In this document: piece after piece, positions 8,452 to 16,222 of the stretch | Layout: each line of letters starts with the position of its first letter | Position numbering within the stretch: the stretch's first letter is position 1 | Source: Nitratidesulfovibrio vulgaris str. Hildenborough | GTDB lineage: Bacteria > Desulfobacterota > Desulfovibrionia > Desulfovibrionales > Desulfovibrionaceae | DNA length: 32,000 bases | Assembly (NCBI RefSeq): GCF_000195755.1 | Contig: NC_005863.1 | Location: 1-32,000 of the forward strand | Reading direction: 5' to 3' | The notes under the pieces: generated by a model | The model's database searches: none | What the model was told of the DNA's origin: nothing | What the model saw: the letters and a program-made list of their open reading frames with translations, nothing else | Made by a program: the position numbers and the translations under genes

Positions 8452-8699
8452 CGATCCTCCTTGTGCGTGTTGAAAGCAGCAATGACCCCGTGGCAACAAT
8501 GCCGCGGGCCAGCCGGAAAGACCACCTGCACCCACATGGCGGACGCAGGTGCATCTATTTGAAATAGAATTATATGTGGGTCTTTCAAAGTGCTTCGTCT
8601 GCAGGAGCAGCTGAAGTCGTCAAACGATACCATGGCTGGGGACAGCGGGCCAGCCCCTTTTCGGATTTGTTCTGCGGTGGGCGTGATTCTACGACCCCG

Positions 8700-8715
8700 T
8701 GCCCGCGCTGTGCCA
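8700..8715 (-). promoter_or_regulatory. Candidate sigma-54 (-24/-12) promoter facing mgtE-usp
   Basis: Minus strand reads TGGCAC-AGCGC-GGGCA. The -24 element is perfect and GG/GC spacing is correct; the -12 element is GGGC rather than TTGC. It lies ~240 nt upstream of the mgtE-like ATG and downstream of the nifB hairpin. Confidence 0.3.
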
Positions 8716-8801
8716 TAGGTAGCGAATGCCCTGCCAAGCCCATGTACCCCGGCATGGCGGGGGCTTCATGTCGCCGGAGGCCAAGGCATGTCCTTGATGC
8801 G

Positions 8802-8835
8802 ACAACGGCCCCGGATGGGCTTCCGGGGCCGTTGT
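8802..8835 (-). terminator. Strong stem-loop downstream of nifB; likely end of the nif operon transcript
   Basis: Perfect 14-bp stem ACAACGGCCCCGGA / TCCGGGGCCGTTGT with a 6-nt loop, 66 nt after the nifB stop. No clear U-tract on either strand, so it is not a canonical intrinsic terminator. Confidence 0.5.
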
Positions 8836-8900
8836 GCGGCAGGCATGGTAGACGCGTCGTGCGGTGGCGTCCGTCCCGCCACCGCACCCGGTGCGCCGCA

Positions 8901-10445
8901 TCAGCAGCCGTCGCCGCCCCCACGGCAGCACCCCTTGGAGACCCCGCCCTTGCGGGCACGGAAGGCGTTCACGTCAAGCCCCGCAAGCACTGCGCCCACC
9001 ACGTCTTCGACGATGCCCGCGCATTCCGTCACGGTGATGCCGTGTTCGCGCAGGATGGCGCGCGGGCTTTCACCACAGGCGGCGGTCAGCACGGCGCGGC
9101 AGTCCTTGAGCATGTCCGCGAGGGCGTGCCAGCGTTCAGGGCCGCAGCCGGGGCGCGGGGTGGCGCGTTCTTCGAGAAGGACGGGCACGGGCATGTCCGT
9201 TGCGTCTGTGCCCGCACGGGTGGCGTCCTTACCGCAGGTCGTGCCGTGGGTTGTGCCGCAGACCGCGCCGGAATCCCCCCCGGTGCTTCCTGTGCTGTCC
9301 GTCCTCTTGTCGTTCTTGTCCTCCTCGCTGTCCCAAGGGGTGGCCCCCGCCTTGCCCCATGAGTTACCACCAGTACTGCCCGGCACATCGCCGCTTCCGG
9401 TACCTTTGGCGTCGTTCCGACCGGACGCAGCCTCGCCTCCGGTCGTTGTGCCGCCCTTGCCACTGCGGGCAGGCCCAAGGCCCCATATCTGCAACCGCGT
9501 GGCCTCGCCGAGGTGCTGGTTCACGAGCATTCCCTCGCGGGTCGCCACTGCCACGAAGGGCCGCGCCCCGGCCCCGTCGTCCTTCTGTGCGCATTCGCGC
9601 AGCAGCGGGGCCAGTTCACGCGACCTGTCGTGGTGCAGCAGCCCCACGGCGTCGGCGCGGCAGCGTCTGCAATGGGTCATCTGGCGGATGTGCGCCCCCG
9701 CCAGCCTGCGCGCTTCGCCCACCGCTTCGGGCGAAGGTTCGGCCACCTGCGCCAGCGGGGTGTCGTGGGTGGGGTGCAGGGGGATGATGTTCATGAGCGT
9801 CGCGCCCAGCGCGGCGACCTTCTCTGCCACCTGTTCCACATGTCCGTCGTTGATGCCCGGCACGAGGATGGTGTTGACCTTGACCACGATGCCGCGCTGC
9901 ACCAGCCCCGTCAGCGCGGTCAGCTGCCGTTCGAGCATGAGTTCGGCGGCGGGCCGCCCGCGCCACACGACCTTGCCGTCGCGCACCCATGTGTACAGGC
10001 GTGCGGAGATGTCGGGGTCGACGGCGTTGATGGTGAGGGTGGCGTGGGTGACCCCGTTGGCGGCAAGGGCGTCGAGATGCGGGGGCATGCCCAGTCCGTT
10101 GCTGGAAAGGCAGAACAGCATGTCGGGATGCCGCTGGCGGATGAGGCGCAGCGTCTCCAGCGTGGCGGCAGCGTTGGCCATGGGGTCGCCCGGCCCGGCG
10201 ATGCCCGCCACGCGGATGGCGGGTTCGCGTTCAAGGACGCGGTCGAGGTAGTCCGCGGCCTGTGCGGGGGTGAGCACCCCGCTGGTCACGCCGGGGCGCG
10301 ACTCGTTGACGCAGTCGTACTTGCGGTTGCAGTACCCGCACAGCACGTTGCACTTGGGTGCCACGGGCAGGTGGACGCGACCGCACGACTGGGCGGCCTT
10401 CTCGGTGAAACAGGGGTGGCTTGTGGTGTCGGGTGTGCAGGGCAT
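8901..10445 (-). CDS. nifB: NifB, radical SAM FeMo-cofactor (NifB-co) biosynthesis protein with a NifX-like C-terminal domain
   Basis: Radical SAM motif CNVLCGYCNRKYDC. Conserved GIAGPGDPMAN, SSNGL, TINAVDP and VLVPGINDGH blocks. SD AGGAGGA. A ~90-aa G/T/S/D-rich insertion (nt ~9192-9470) interrupts the C-terminal NifX-like domain. Confidence 0.95.
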   Translation of the reverse strand: MPCTPDTTSHPCFTEKAAQSCGRVHLPVAPKCNVLCGYCNRKYDCVNESRPGVTSGVLTPAQAADYLDRVLEREPAIRVAGIAGPGDPMANAAATLETLRLIRQRHPDMLFCLSSNGLGMPPHLDALAANGVTHATLTINAVDPDISARLYTWVRDGKVVWRGRPAAELMLERQLTALTGLVQRGIVVKVNTILVPGINDGHVEQVAEKVAALGATLMNIIPLHPTHDTPLAQVAEPSPEAVGEARRLAGAHIRQMTHCRRCRADAVGLLHHDRSRELAPLLRECAQKDDGAGARPFVAVATREGMLVNQHLGEATRLQIWGLGPARSGKGGTTTGGEAASGRNDAKGTGSGDVPGSTGGNSWGKAGATPWDSEEDKNDKRTDSTGSTGGDSGAVCGTTHGTTCGKDATRAGTDATDMPVPVLLEERATPRPGCGPERWHALADMLKDCRAVLTAACGESPRAILREHGITVTECAGIVEDVVGAVLAGLDVNAFRARKGGVSKGCCRGGGDGC

Positions 10446-10457
10446 GTCGCTATCCTC

Positions 10458-11972
10458 CTACATGTAGCCGTAGCCCACGGGGCTGGCGGTCTGATGGCGT
10501 TCGATGAGGGCGTTGACGATGCGGTCGTACAGGGCGAGTGCGCCGGTGTAGCCCACATGCAGCAGACGCTGCCCGCCGAAGCGGTCGTGGACGGGGAAGC
10601 CCGTGCGCACCAGCGGGATGCCCCACGCGCGGGCGTAGCGGTAGCCCTTGCTGTTGCCCACCAGCAGGTCGGGGGCGAGGGTGCCCGCACGTTCGGCAAT
10701 CTCGTGGAAGTCGACCCCTTCGCGGACTTCGGGCAGGTCGGGCATCAGCCCCCCGCAGACGGCGGCCACACGCGCGGCAAGGCCGCACCCGCGTGCGCCG
10801 GTGGCCACCAGCACGGGGCGTATGCCCGTCTCGGCAAGCATGGCGCACAGCCCCGTGACCATGTCGGCATCACCGTAGACCACGGCCCGCTTGCCCGCGA
10901 CGTACTTGTGCCCGTCCACGAGGGCGTCGACCAGCCTGCCGCGTTCAAGCATCATGCGCGGGGGCATGGCGGTGCCGGAGATGCGTTCGAGGGCCTCCAT
11001 GAAGGTGTCGGTCTCGCGCAGGCCCACGGGCACGCCCACCCTGAACAACGGCACGCCGTGACGCGCGTGCAGCGCGGCCCCGGCGGAGGGGCGGCTGCCG
11101 AGGGGGTCGCCCATCTCGACCACGGCCCGCGCACGGCCCAGCGCCCGGATGTCGTCGAGGGGCGTACCCCCGGCGGGGATGGGCGCGTAGGCTTCGAGGC
11201 ACGGGGCGTCCAGCGTCTCGGAGATGTCGGGCAGGATGACCGGCGCAAGGCCGAATGCCTCCATCACGTCGCGCAGGTGGCGTATGTCGGCGGGGGAGAG
11301 TAGCCCCGGCAGCAGACAGGTGCGGCCCGTGGAGACGGTGCCCGACGTGGTGCCGGATATCGCACCGGGCGTGGTGTCCGACACGGTGGCACCGGCGGTG
11401 GCAGGGCCGCGTGCGGCTGCGCCGGGGGCCGCTTCGTGAGGGGCACCCGATATGACACCGGACATGGTGCCGGACATGGTGCCGGACATGGCACCGGGCG
11501 TGGACTCCACCAGTTGTTCCGTCACGGCACGCACGGCGTCGTACCAGCCGTCCATGTGGGTTCCGGCGAAGCTTGGCGTGCTCACATGCACGATGTCCGG
11601 CAGGTCGAGGTCGCCGAATTCGTTACGGAACTCGCGCAGGATGCGGCCCACGTCGTCACCGATGGTCTCGGTGAGGCAGGTGGTGGCCACGCCCACGAGA
11701 CGCGGGTGGTACTTCTTCATGACATTGAGCAGCCCCTTCTTGAGGTTGGGGCCGCCGCCGTGGATGGCGTGCTTCTCGCCCAGTGCGGAAGAGGCGATGT
11801 CCATGGGTTCGCGGTAGTGGCTGATGACGTAGCGACGCATGTAGGTGGCGCAGCCCTGCGAACCGTGCAGGAAGGGCACGGCCCCTTCGATGCCCCTGAA
11901 GGCCAGCGTCGCGCCGAGGGGCGTGCAGAGTTTGCATGCGTTGGTGGTGGCGATGTGGTTACGGCCTGCCAT
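10458..11972 (-). CDS. nifN: NifN, FeMo-cofactor scaffold subunit
   Basis: NACKLCTPLGATLAFRGIEGAVPFLHGSQGCATYMRRY is the typical NifN N-terminus. I prefer the start at ATG 11972 (G-rich SD, 14-nt overlap with the nifE stop). The ORF stays open to 12236 through the 27-bp repeat, which would add MPTVPKGTD-type repeats. An internal MSGT-rich insertion sits at nt ~11320-11510. Confidence 0.9.
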   Translation of the reverse strand: MAGRNHIATTNACKLCTPLGATLAFRGIEGAVPFLHGSQGCATYMRRYVISHYREPMDIASSALGEKHAIHGGGPNLKKGLLNVMKKYHPRLVGVATTCLTETIGDDVGRILREFRNEFGDLDLPDIVHVSTPSFAGTHMDGWYDAVRAVTEQLVESTPGAMSGTMSGTMSGVISGAPHEAAPGAAARGPATAGATVSDTTPGAISGTTSGTVSTGRTCLLPGLLSPADIRHLRDVMEAFGLAPVILPDISETLDAPCLEAYAPIPAGGTPLDDIRALGRARAVVEMGDPLGSRPSAGAALHARHGVPLFRVGVPVGLRETDTFMEALERISGTAMPPRMMLERGRLVDALVDGHKYVAGKRAVVYGDADMVTGLCAMLAETGIRPVLVATGARGCGLAARVAAVCGGLMPDLPEVREGVDFHEIAERAGTLAPDLLVGNSKGYRYARAWGIPLVRTGFPVHDRFGGQRLLHVGYTGALALYDRIVNALIERHQTASPVGYGYM

Positions 11973-13845
11973 GGTGTGCCCCCCCTTCGGTGGCGTTTCC
12001 TTCGGTGAAAAGGTCGTGCGGGGCGTGTCCTGCGGGATTGGCGGGACAGTCGGCATCTCCATCCCCTGCGGGATTGGCGGGATGTCCGTCCCTTTCGTGT
12101 GCGGGGGCGTCTGCGCCGAGGTGTCTGTCCGCACGGTCTGCGGGATTGTCGGCTTGTCCGTCCCCTTCGGGACAGTTGGCATGTCCGTCCCTTTCGGGAC
12201 AGTCGGCATCTTCATCCCCTGCGGGACAGTTGGCATGTCCGTCCCCTTCGGGACGGGCAGCCGCCGGGAAACGGCTGCGCGGCGTGAAACGCCACACCGG
12301 GCTGGTGACGGAGGCGTGTACCTCGCGGGCGAAGTTGTACATGCCCTCGAAGCCCGCCAGCGCGATCTTGCGTTCGTGGTTGTGGTCGCAGAAGCCGATG
12401 CCCAGCTTGTGGGCGATGGGCCTCTCCTTCACGCCGCCCACGAAGATGTCCACGTCGAGGGTGCGGACGAAGTGCGCCAGTTCAAGGGCGTTGGCGTCGT
12501 CCACGATGATGGTGCCGGGGTCGCAGATGGCTTCGAGTTCGCGGTAGTCCTCGTCGGTGCCGGTCTGCGAACCCACCAGTGCCACCTGCATCCCCAGATG
12601 CCTGAACGCCTTGATGAGCGAGAACGCCTTGAACGCGCCGCCCACGTAGATGGCGGCCCGCTTGCCTTCGAGGTCGCGCCGCAGCTGGCGCAGCCGGGGC
12701 ATGAGGGTGGCTATCTCCTCGCGCACGAGGTCGCGGGTGCGTTCGACGATGCCGGGGCACACCTCGCGGAAGTGTTCGGCGACGTTGTAGAGCGAGTCTG
12801 CCATGTCCTCGATGCCGAGGTACGAGACGCGCAGCGTGGGCGTGCCGTAGGCTTCGCGCATCATGCGTGCCAGCGGCATGGTGGCACCGCTGCACTGCAC
12901 GAGGTTGAGCGCAGCCCCGTGGCATCGGCGCAGGTCGTCCACGCGCCCGTCGCCGGTGATGTTGGCGACCACCTGCACCCCCATGCGTTCGAGGTAGCCG
13001 CGGATGATCCACAGTTCACCGGCGAGGTTGAAGTCGCCGAGGATGTTGACCGAGGCGGGACCTATGCCGTCTGTCGCGCCCGTGCCGGTGAGGGTGAACA
13101 TGGCGGCGCAGGCCGCTTCGTACCCTTCGCGCTTGTTGCCCTTGAAGCCCTCTGACTGCACGGGCAGCACGGGGATGCCGTGGCGTGCCGCGACGCGCTT
13201 GCACACCGCGCCGATGTCGTCGCCGATGAGACCCACGATGCAGGTGGCGTAGACGAAGGCTGCCTTGGGCGCGTGGCGGGTGATGAGTTCATCGAGGGCC
13301 GCTTCCAGCTTGGGTTCGCCGCCGAAGATGATGTCGCGTTCGCCAAGGTCGGTCGAGAAGCTCAGCCTGTGCAGTTCAGGGCCGGACGAGAGTGCACCGC
13401 GGATGTCCCAAGTGTAGGCGGCGCAGCCCACCGGCCCGTGGACGAGGTGCAGCGCGTCGGCGATGGGGTAGAGCACCACGCGCGAACCGCAGAACACGCA
13501 GGCACGCTGGCTGACCGCCCCGGCGAGACTCTCGCGGTTGCAGGCGAGGTCGATGGGGCCTTGCCCCGCCCGGTGTACCTGCCCGCGACGTTCTTCGAGC
13601 AGCCCGTCGGAAGCAGGGGCAGGCGGGGTGGCAGGCGGGGTGGCAGGCGGGGTGGCTGGTGCCATGGCGGGCGCAGGGGCGGCAGCTGCCTCGGCAGAGA
13701 CCTTGCCCCTTGTCACGCCTGCTGCCGCGCCTGCTGCCATGCCCGCTGTCGTACCGGCTGCCGGCGCTGCTACGGGGTGAAGAGTGCCGTCCGTCCTGTC
13801 TGTGGACCCTTCGGGAGTGGGCATGACGCCGCAGTGTCCGTTCAT
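11959..13845 (-). CDS. nifE: NifE, FeMo-cofactor scaffold subunit, with low-complexity N-terminal extension and a Cys/His/Asp-rich repeat tail
   Basis: Core CVFCGSRVVLYPIADALHLVHGPVGCAAYTWDIRG and downstream oxidoreductase/nitrogenase component-1 blocks. Preferred start is ATG 13845 with SD AAGGAAGG; the ORF is open to 14217 but that extension looks non-coding. The stop at 11959 means the tail encoded by the 27-bp repeats is in frame. Confidence 0.9.
   Translation of the reverse strand: MNGHCGVMPTPEGSTDRTDGTLHPVAAPAAGTTAGMAAGAAAGVTRGKVSAEAAAAPAPAMAPATPPATPPATPPAPASDGLLEERRGQVHRAGQGPIDLACNRESLAGAVSQRACVFCGSRVVLYPIADALHLVHGPVGCAAYTWDIRGALSSGPELHRLSFSTDLGERDIIFGGEPKLEAALDELITRHAPKAAFVYATCIVGLIGDDIGAVCKRVAARHGIPVLPVQSEGFKGNKREGYEAACAAMFTLTGTGATDGIGPASVNILGDFNLAGELWIIRGYLERMGVQVVANITGDGRVDDLRRCHGAALNLVQCSGATMPLARMMREAYGTPTLRVSYLGIEDMADSLYNVAEHFREVCPGIVERTRDLVREEIATLMPRLRQLRRDLEGKRAAIYVGGAFKAFSLIKAFRHLGMQVALVGSQTGTDEDYRELEAICDPGTIIVDDANALELAHFVRTLDVDIFVGGVKERPIAHKLGIGFCDHNHERKIALAGFEGMYNFAREVHASVTSPVWRFTPRSRFPAAARPEGDGHANCPAGDEDADCPERDGHANCPEGDGQADNPADRADRHLGADAPAHERDGHPANPAGDGDADCPANPAGHAPHDLFTEGNATEGGAHHGRP
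12029..12260. repeat. 27-bp tandem repeat array at the nifE/nifN junction
   Basis: Three clean units GGGACAGTTGGCATGTCCGTCCC(C/T)TTC at 12169-12195, 12196-12222 and 12223-12249, with degenerate copies back to ~12029. Two minus-strand frames are open across it. Confidence 0.9.
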
Positions 13846-14142
13846 GGTCGCCTTCCTTTGTGGTGTTTCGTCTGTCTGTGAACGGTGCCCGGCGTCGGGT
13901 TTCCGGGGCGTCTGCCTGTGGGCGGTGCTGTCACGGCGGCCCTGTCCTGTCTTGGCTGTCCTGTCTGGGCTGTCGGGCCTCGGTTGCCGGGATTCGGCCC
14001 CGTCCCGCCCGTCTCGTCCCGTGGCGTCTGCCGTCCGTTTCACGCCTTGCGTCTGTCGGGCCGGTTCTGCCTTGTCCTGCCCCGTCCCGCCTATCTCGGC
14101 GGTCTCGCCTGTATCACCCGCCCCTTCGGGGCACCCTTCCCG

Positions 14143-14179
14143 GAGCGTCCGGCCTTTTGCGTGGGCAGGCCGGACGCTC
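14143..14179 (-). other. Perfect 12-bp stem-loop in the fdx-nifE spacer; possible RNA processing or stability element
   Basis: GAGCGTCCGGCC (14143-14154), 13-nt loop, GGCCGGACGCTC (14168-14179). No U-tract. Confidence 0.4.
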
Positions 14180-14228
14180 GCGGCGTGGCGTGCGGCAGTC
14201 GCCTGGGGCGGGGTCACGGAATCAGCTC

Positions 14229-14291
14229 GAATCCGCCCGGATGTTCCCGGAATCCGTCCGGATGTTCCCCGAATCCGTCCGGATGAGGTCC
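14229..14291. repeat. Three 21-bp tandem direct repeats immediately downstream of the ferredoxin gene
   Basis: GAATCCG(C/T)CCGGATGTTCCC(G/C) at 14229-14249 and 14250-14270, with a diverged third copy at 14271-14291. Confidence 0.85.
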
Positions 14292-14307
14292 CGAATCATG
14301 CCCTTAA

Positions 14308-14610
14308 TCATGTCAGGAGCAGTTCCGTGCAGGGTTCGCCCGCTTCGAGCGCGTCGAGGATGGCGTCAACGGCGTCTTCGTCATCGCCGCCGCCGTACCA
14401 GTGCCCTTGCGGGTAGACGACCAGTACCGGTCCCTTGTCGCAGAATTGCAGACAGCCCGTGGTGGAGACGAAGGCGTTGAGTCCGCGCGCGGCAATCTCC
14501 GCGTCGAGGTGGGCCACAAGGTCGGGTGCGCCCTTGCGGATGCATGTCCCCTTGGGTTCGAGTCCCCTGAAGCTCATGCAGACGAGAATGTGGTGGTCGG
14601 GCTTGTCCAT
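14308..14610 (-). CDS. Thioredoxin-like [2Fe-2S] ferredoxin
   Basis: 100 aa. Cys pattern HILVC-x11-C...GCLQFC (C-x11-C-x~35-C-x3-C), followed by GPVLVVYP, is typical of thioredoxin-like 2Fe-2S ferredoxins found in nif clusters. Preferred start is the ATG at 14610 (MDKPDHH) with SD GAGAGG. Confidence 0.85.
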   Translation of the reverse strand: MDKPDHHILVCMSFRGLEPKGTCIRKGAPDLVAHLDAEIAARGLNAFVSTTGCLQFCDKGPVLVVYPQGHWYGGGDDEDAVDAILDALEAGEPCTELLLT

Positions 14611-14800
14611 GGTGGCCTCTCGGAGTGCGTCGTATCCGGTTGGTGTTGCGTTGTTGCCCATGCTGCCGGGGCTTCGTGCCCGGTCTGGCTGTCCCGGCGG
14701 TCTGTCCCGCTGGTCTGGCCTGTCTGCATCGTTCCGGGGCAGGGCGGGCGTCGCCCCGGAACACCCCGCAAGCGGGATGTCCCGCGTGCGGGCGTGCCGG

Positions 14801-16186
14801 CTACATGACCAGTTCGAGGGTGTCTTCGGGGGCCGTGTCGCGGTCCTTGCGTTCCAGAAGGGTGTTGATGACCTGCGAAAGCAGGTGCATGCCGCCCATG
14901 TAGCCCACCTTGGGAAAGTGGCTGTGGCCCACGCGGTCGAGGATGGGAAAGCCGAAACGCACCAGCGGCGTGTCTTCGGCCTGCGCGATGTACTTGCCGT
15001 ACGAGTTGCCCACCAGCAGGTCGACCGGGGCGGCCTTCACCCTCTGGTGCAGGTGGAAGAGGTCGTTGGCGGCGCGCACCTCATAGTCCCACGTGGCCCC
15101 TGCCTTCTCCATGACCTCGGCGATGCGGCGTTCGAAGGCCTTGCCCGGCGTGCCGGTGACCACGACCGTGGGCCTCATGCCCGCCGAGACGAGGAACTCC
15201 ACCAGCGGTATCACGATGTCGGGGTCGCCCCATGCCGCCACCCGCTTGCCGAAGAGCAGCGACTGGTAGTCGGTCATCATGTCCACCAGCTTGCCGCGTT
15301 CGTCCTTCAGCGACCGGGGCACGGTCATGCCAGTGGTCTCTTGCAGGGCGGCGAGGAACCTGTCCGTGGCCAGCACGCCGATGGGGGTGTCGAGCAGCCT
15401 GTAGGGTACGCCGCACTTCTTCTCCAGTGCCTTGGCCCCGGCCTCTGAGGCCCATGCGCCAAGGGCGAGGGTCGCCATGCTGTCGCCACTGCGGGCGAAG
15501 TCGGCCTGTGTGGTGCCCCCGGCGGGGTACATGCGGTATTCGCCGGTCTGCGGGGTGTCGAGCACGTCGGATGTGTCGGGAAAGACCACGCCGTCCACGC
15601 CCATCTGCGCCAGCATGCCCTTTATCTTGCGCATGTCCGAGGGTTCGACGAAGCCCGGAATGACGTTGACCTGCCCGGCAGCCTGTTTGCCCGTGCCCGC
15701 GGCGAGGTAGTTCACCATGCCCTCGACCATGTTCGAGAAGCCGGTGACGTGCGACCCCACGTAGCTTGGCGTGTTGCAGTGGATGACCTTCTTGCCCTGC
15801 GGCACCGTGCCGTCTTCCATCGCCACCTTGGTGATGGTGGGGATGTCGTCGCCGATGGTCTCGGAGAGGCAGGTGGTGTGTACGGCCACCATGTCGGGGT
15901 CGTAGACCTGGAAGATGGTCTTCAGTGCCTGCCGCAGGTTGGGGCCGCCGCCGAACACGCTCGCGCCTTCGGTGAACGAGCTTGTGCTCGCCATGACGGG
16001 TTCGCGGAAGTGACGGGTGAGATGGCTGCGATGGTACGAACAGCAGCCCTGACTGCCGTGGCTGTGCGGCAGGCAGCCGTGGATGCCGAGGGCCGCGTAC
16101 ATGGCACCGATGGGCTGGCATGTCTTGGCCGGGTTGACGCGAAGTGCCGAGCGTTCAGCATAGGCGGCGGGTGTGTGCTTGAGCAT
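14801..16186 (-). CDS. nifK: Nitrogenase MoFe protein beta chain
   Basis: 461 aa. KTCQPIGAMYAALGIHGCLPHSHGSQGCCSYHR and following NifK blocks. SD AGGAGG. Confidence 0.97.
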   Translation of the reverse strand: MLKHTPAAYAERSALRVNPAKTCQPIGAMYAALGIHGCLPHSHGSQGCCSYHRSHLTRHFREPVMASTSSFTEGASVFGGGPNLRQALKTIFQVYDPDMVAVHTTCLSETIGDDIPTITKVAMEDGTVPQGKKVIHCNTPSYVGSHVTGFSNMVEGMVNYLAAGTGKQAAGQVNVIPGFVEPSDMRKIKGMLAQMGVDGVVFPDTSDVLDTPQTGEYRMYPAGGTTQADFARSGDSMATLALGAWASEAGAKALEKKCGVPYRLLDTPIGVLATDRFLAALQETTGMTVPRSLKDERGKLVDMMTDYQSLLFGKRVAAWGDPDIVIPLVEFLVSAGMRPTVVVTGTPGKAFERRIAEVMEKAGATWDYEVRAANDLFHLHQRVKAAPVDLLVGNSYGKYIAQAEDTPLVRFGFPILDRVGHSHFPKVGYMGGMHLLSQVINTLLERKDRDTAPEDTLELVM

Positions 16187-16222
16187 GACGAACCTCCTTG
16201 GCCCGTTGTCTGTGGCCCGTTA

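Noticed and set aside
8452-8700. M-box (Mg) riboswitch upstream of the mgtE-like gene
   Set aside because: I could not recognise conserved M-box sequence elements. The candidate leader is short and only simple hairpins are visible. An Infernal scan would be needed.
9513-11303. 596-aa plus-strand ORF opposite nifB/nifN. Similar long ORFs: 11845-13155, 14435-15448, 15749-17791, 18667-19869, 26524-27633, 28322-29896 and 29647-30954.
   Set aside because: They are antisense shadow ORFs of strongly supported minus-strand genes in a high-GC sequence. Translations are Arg/Gly/Ala/His/Val-rich with no motifs, and stop codons are simply rare in these frames.
12029-12260. Possible CRISPR array (regular short repeats here and at 14229-14291, 3133-3200 and 26300-26520)
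   Set aside because: The repeats are contiguous tandem units with no unique spacers. Unit lengths are 9-27 bp, several lie inside coding frames, and there are no cas genes in the window.
13846-14217. Upstream in-frame extension of nifE. Analogous extensions: nifI1 to 18867, nifN to 12236, mgtE-like to 8535, permease to 29758.
   Set aside because: Internal ATGs with good Shine-Dalgarno sequences coincide with where the conserved family N-termini begin. The extensions are repeat-derived low complexity. The nifN case remains formally ambiguous.
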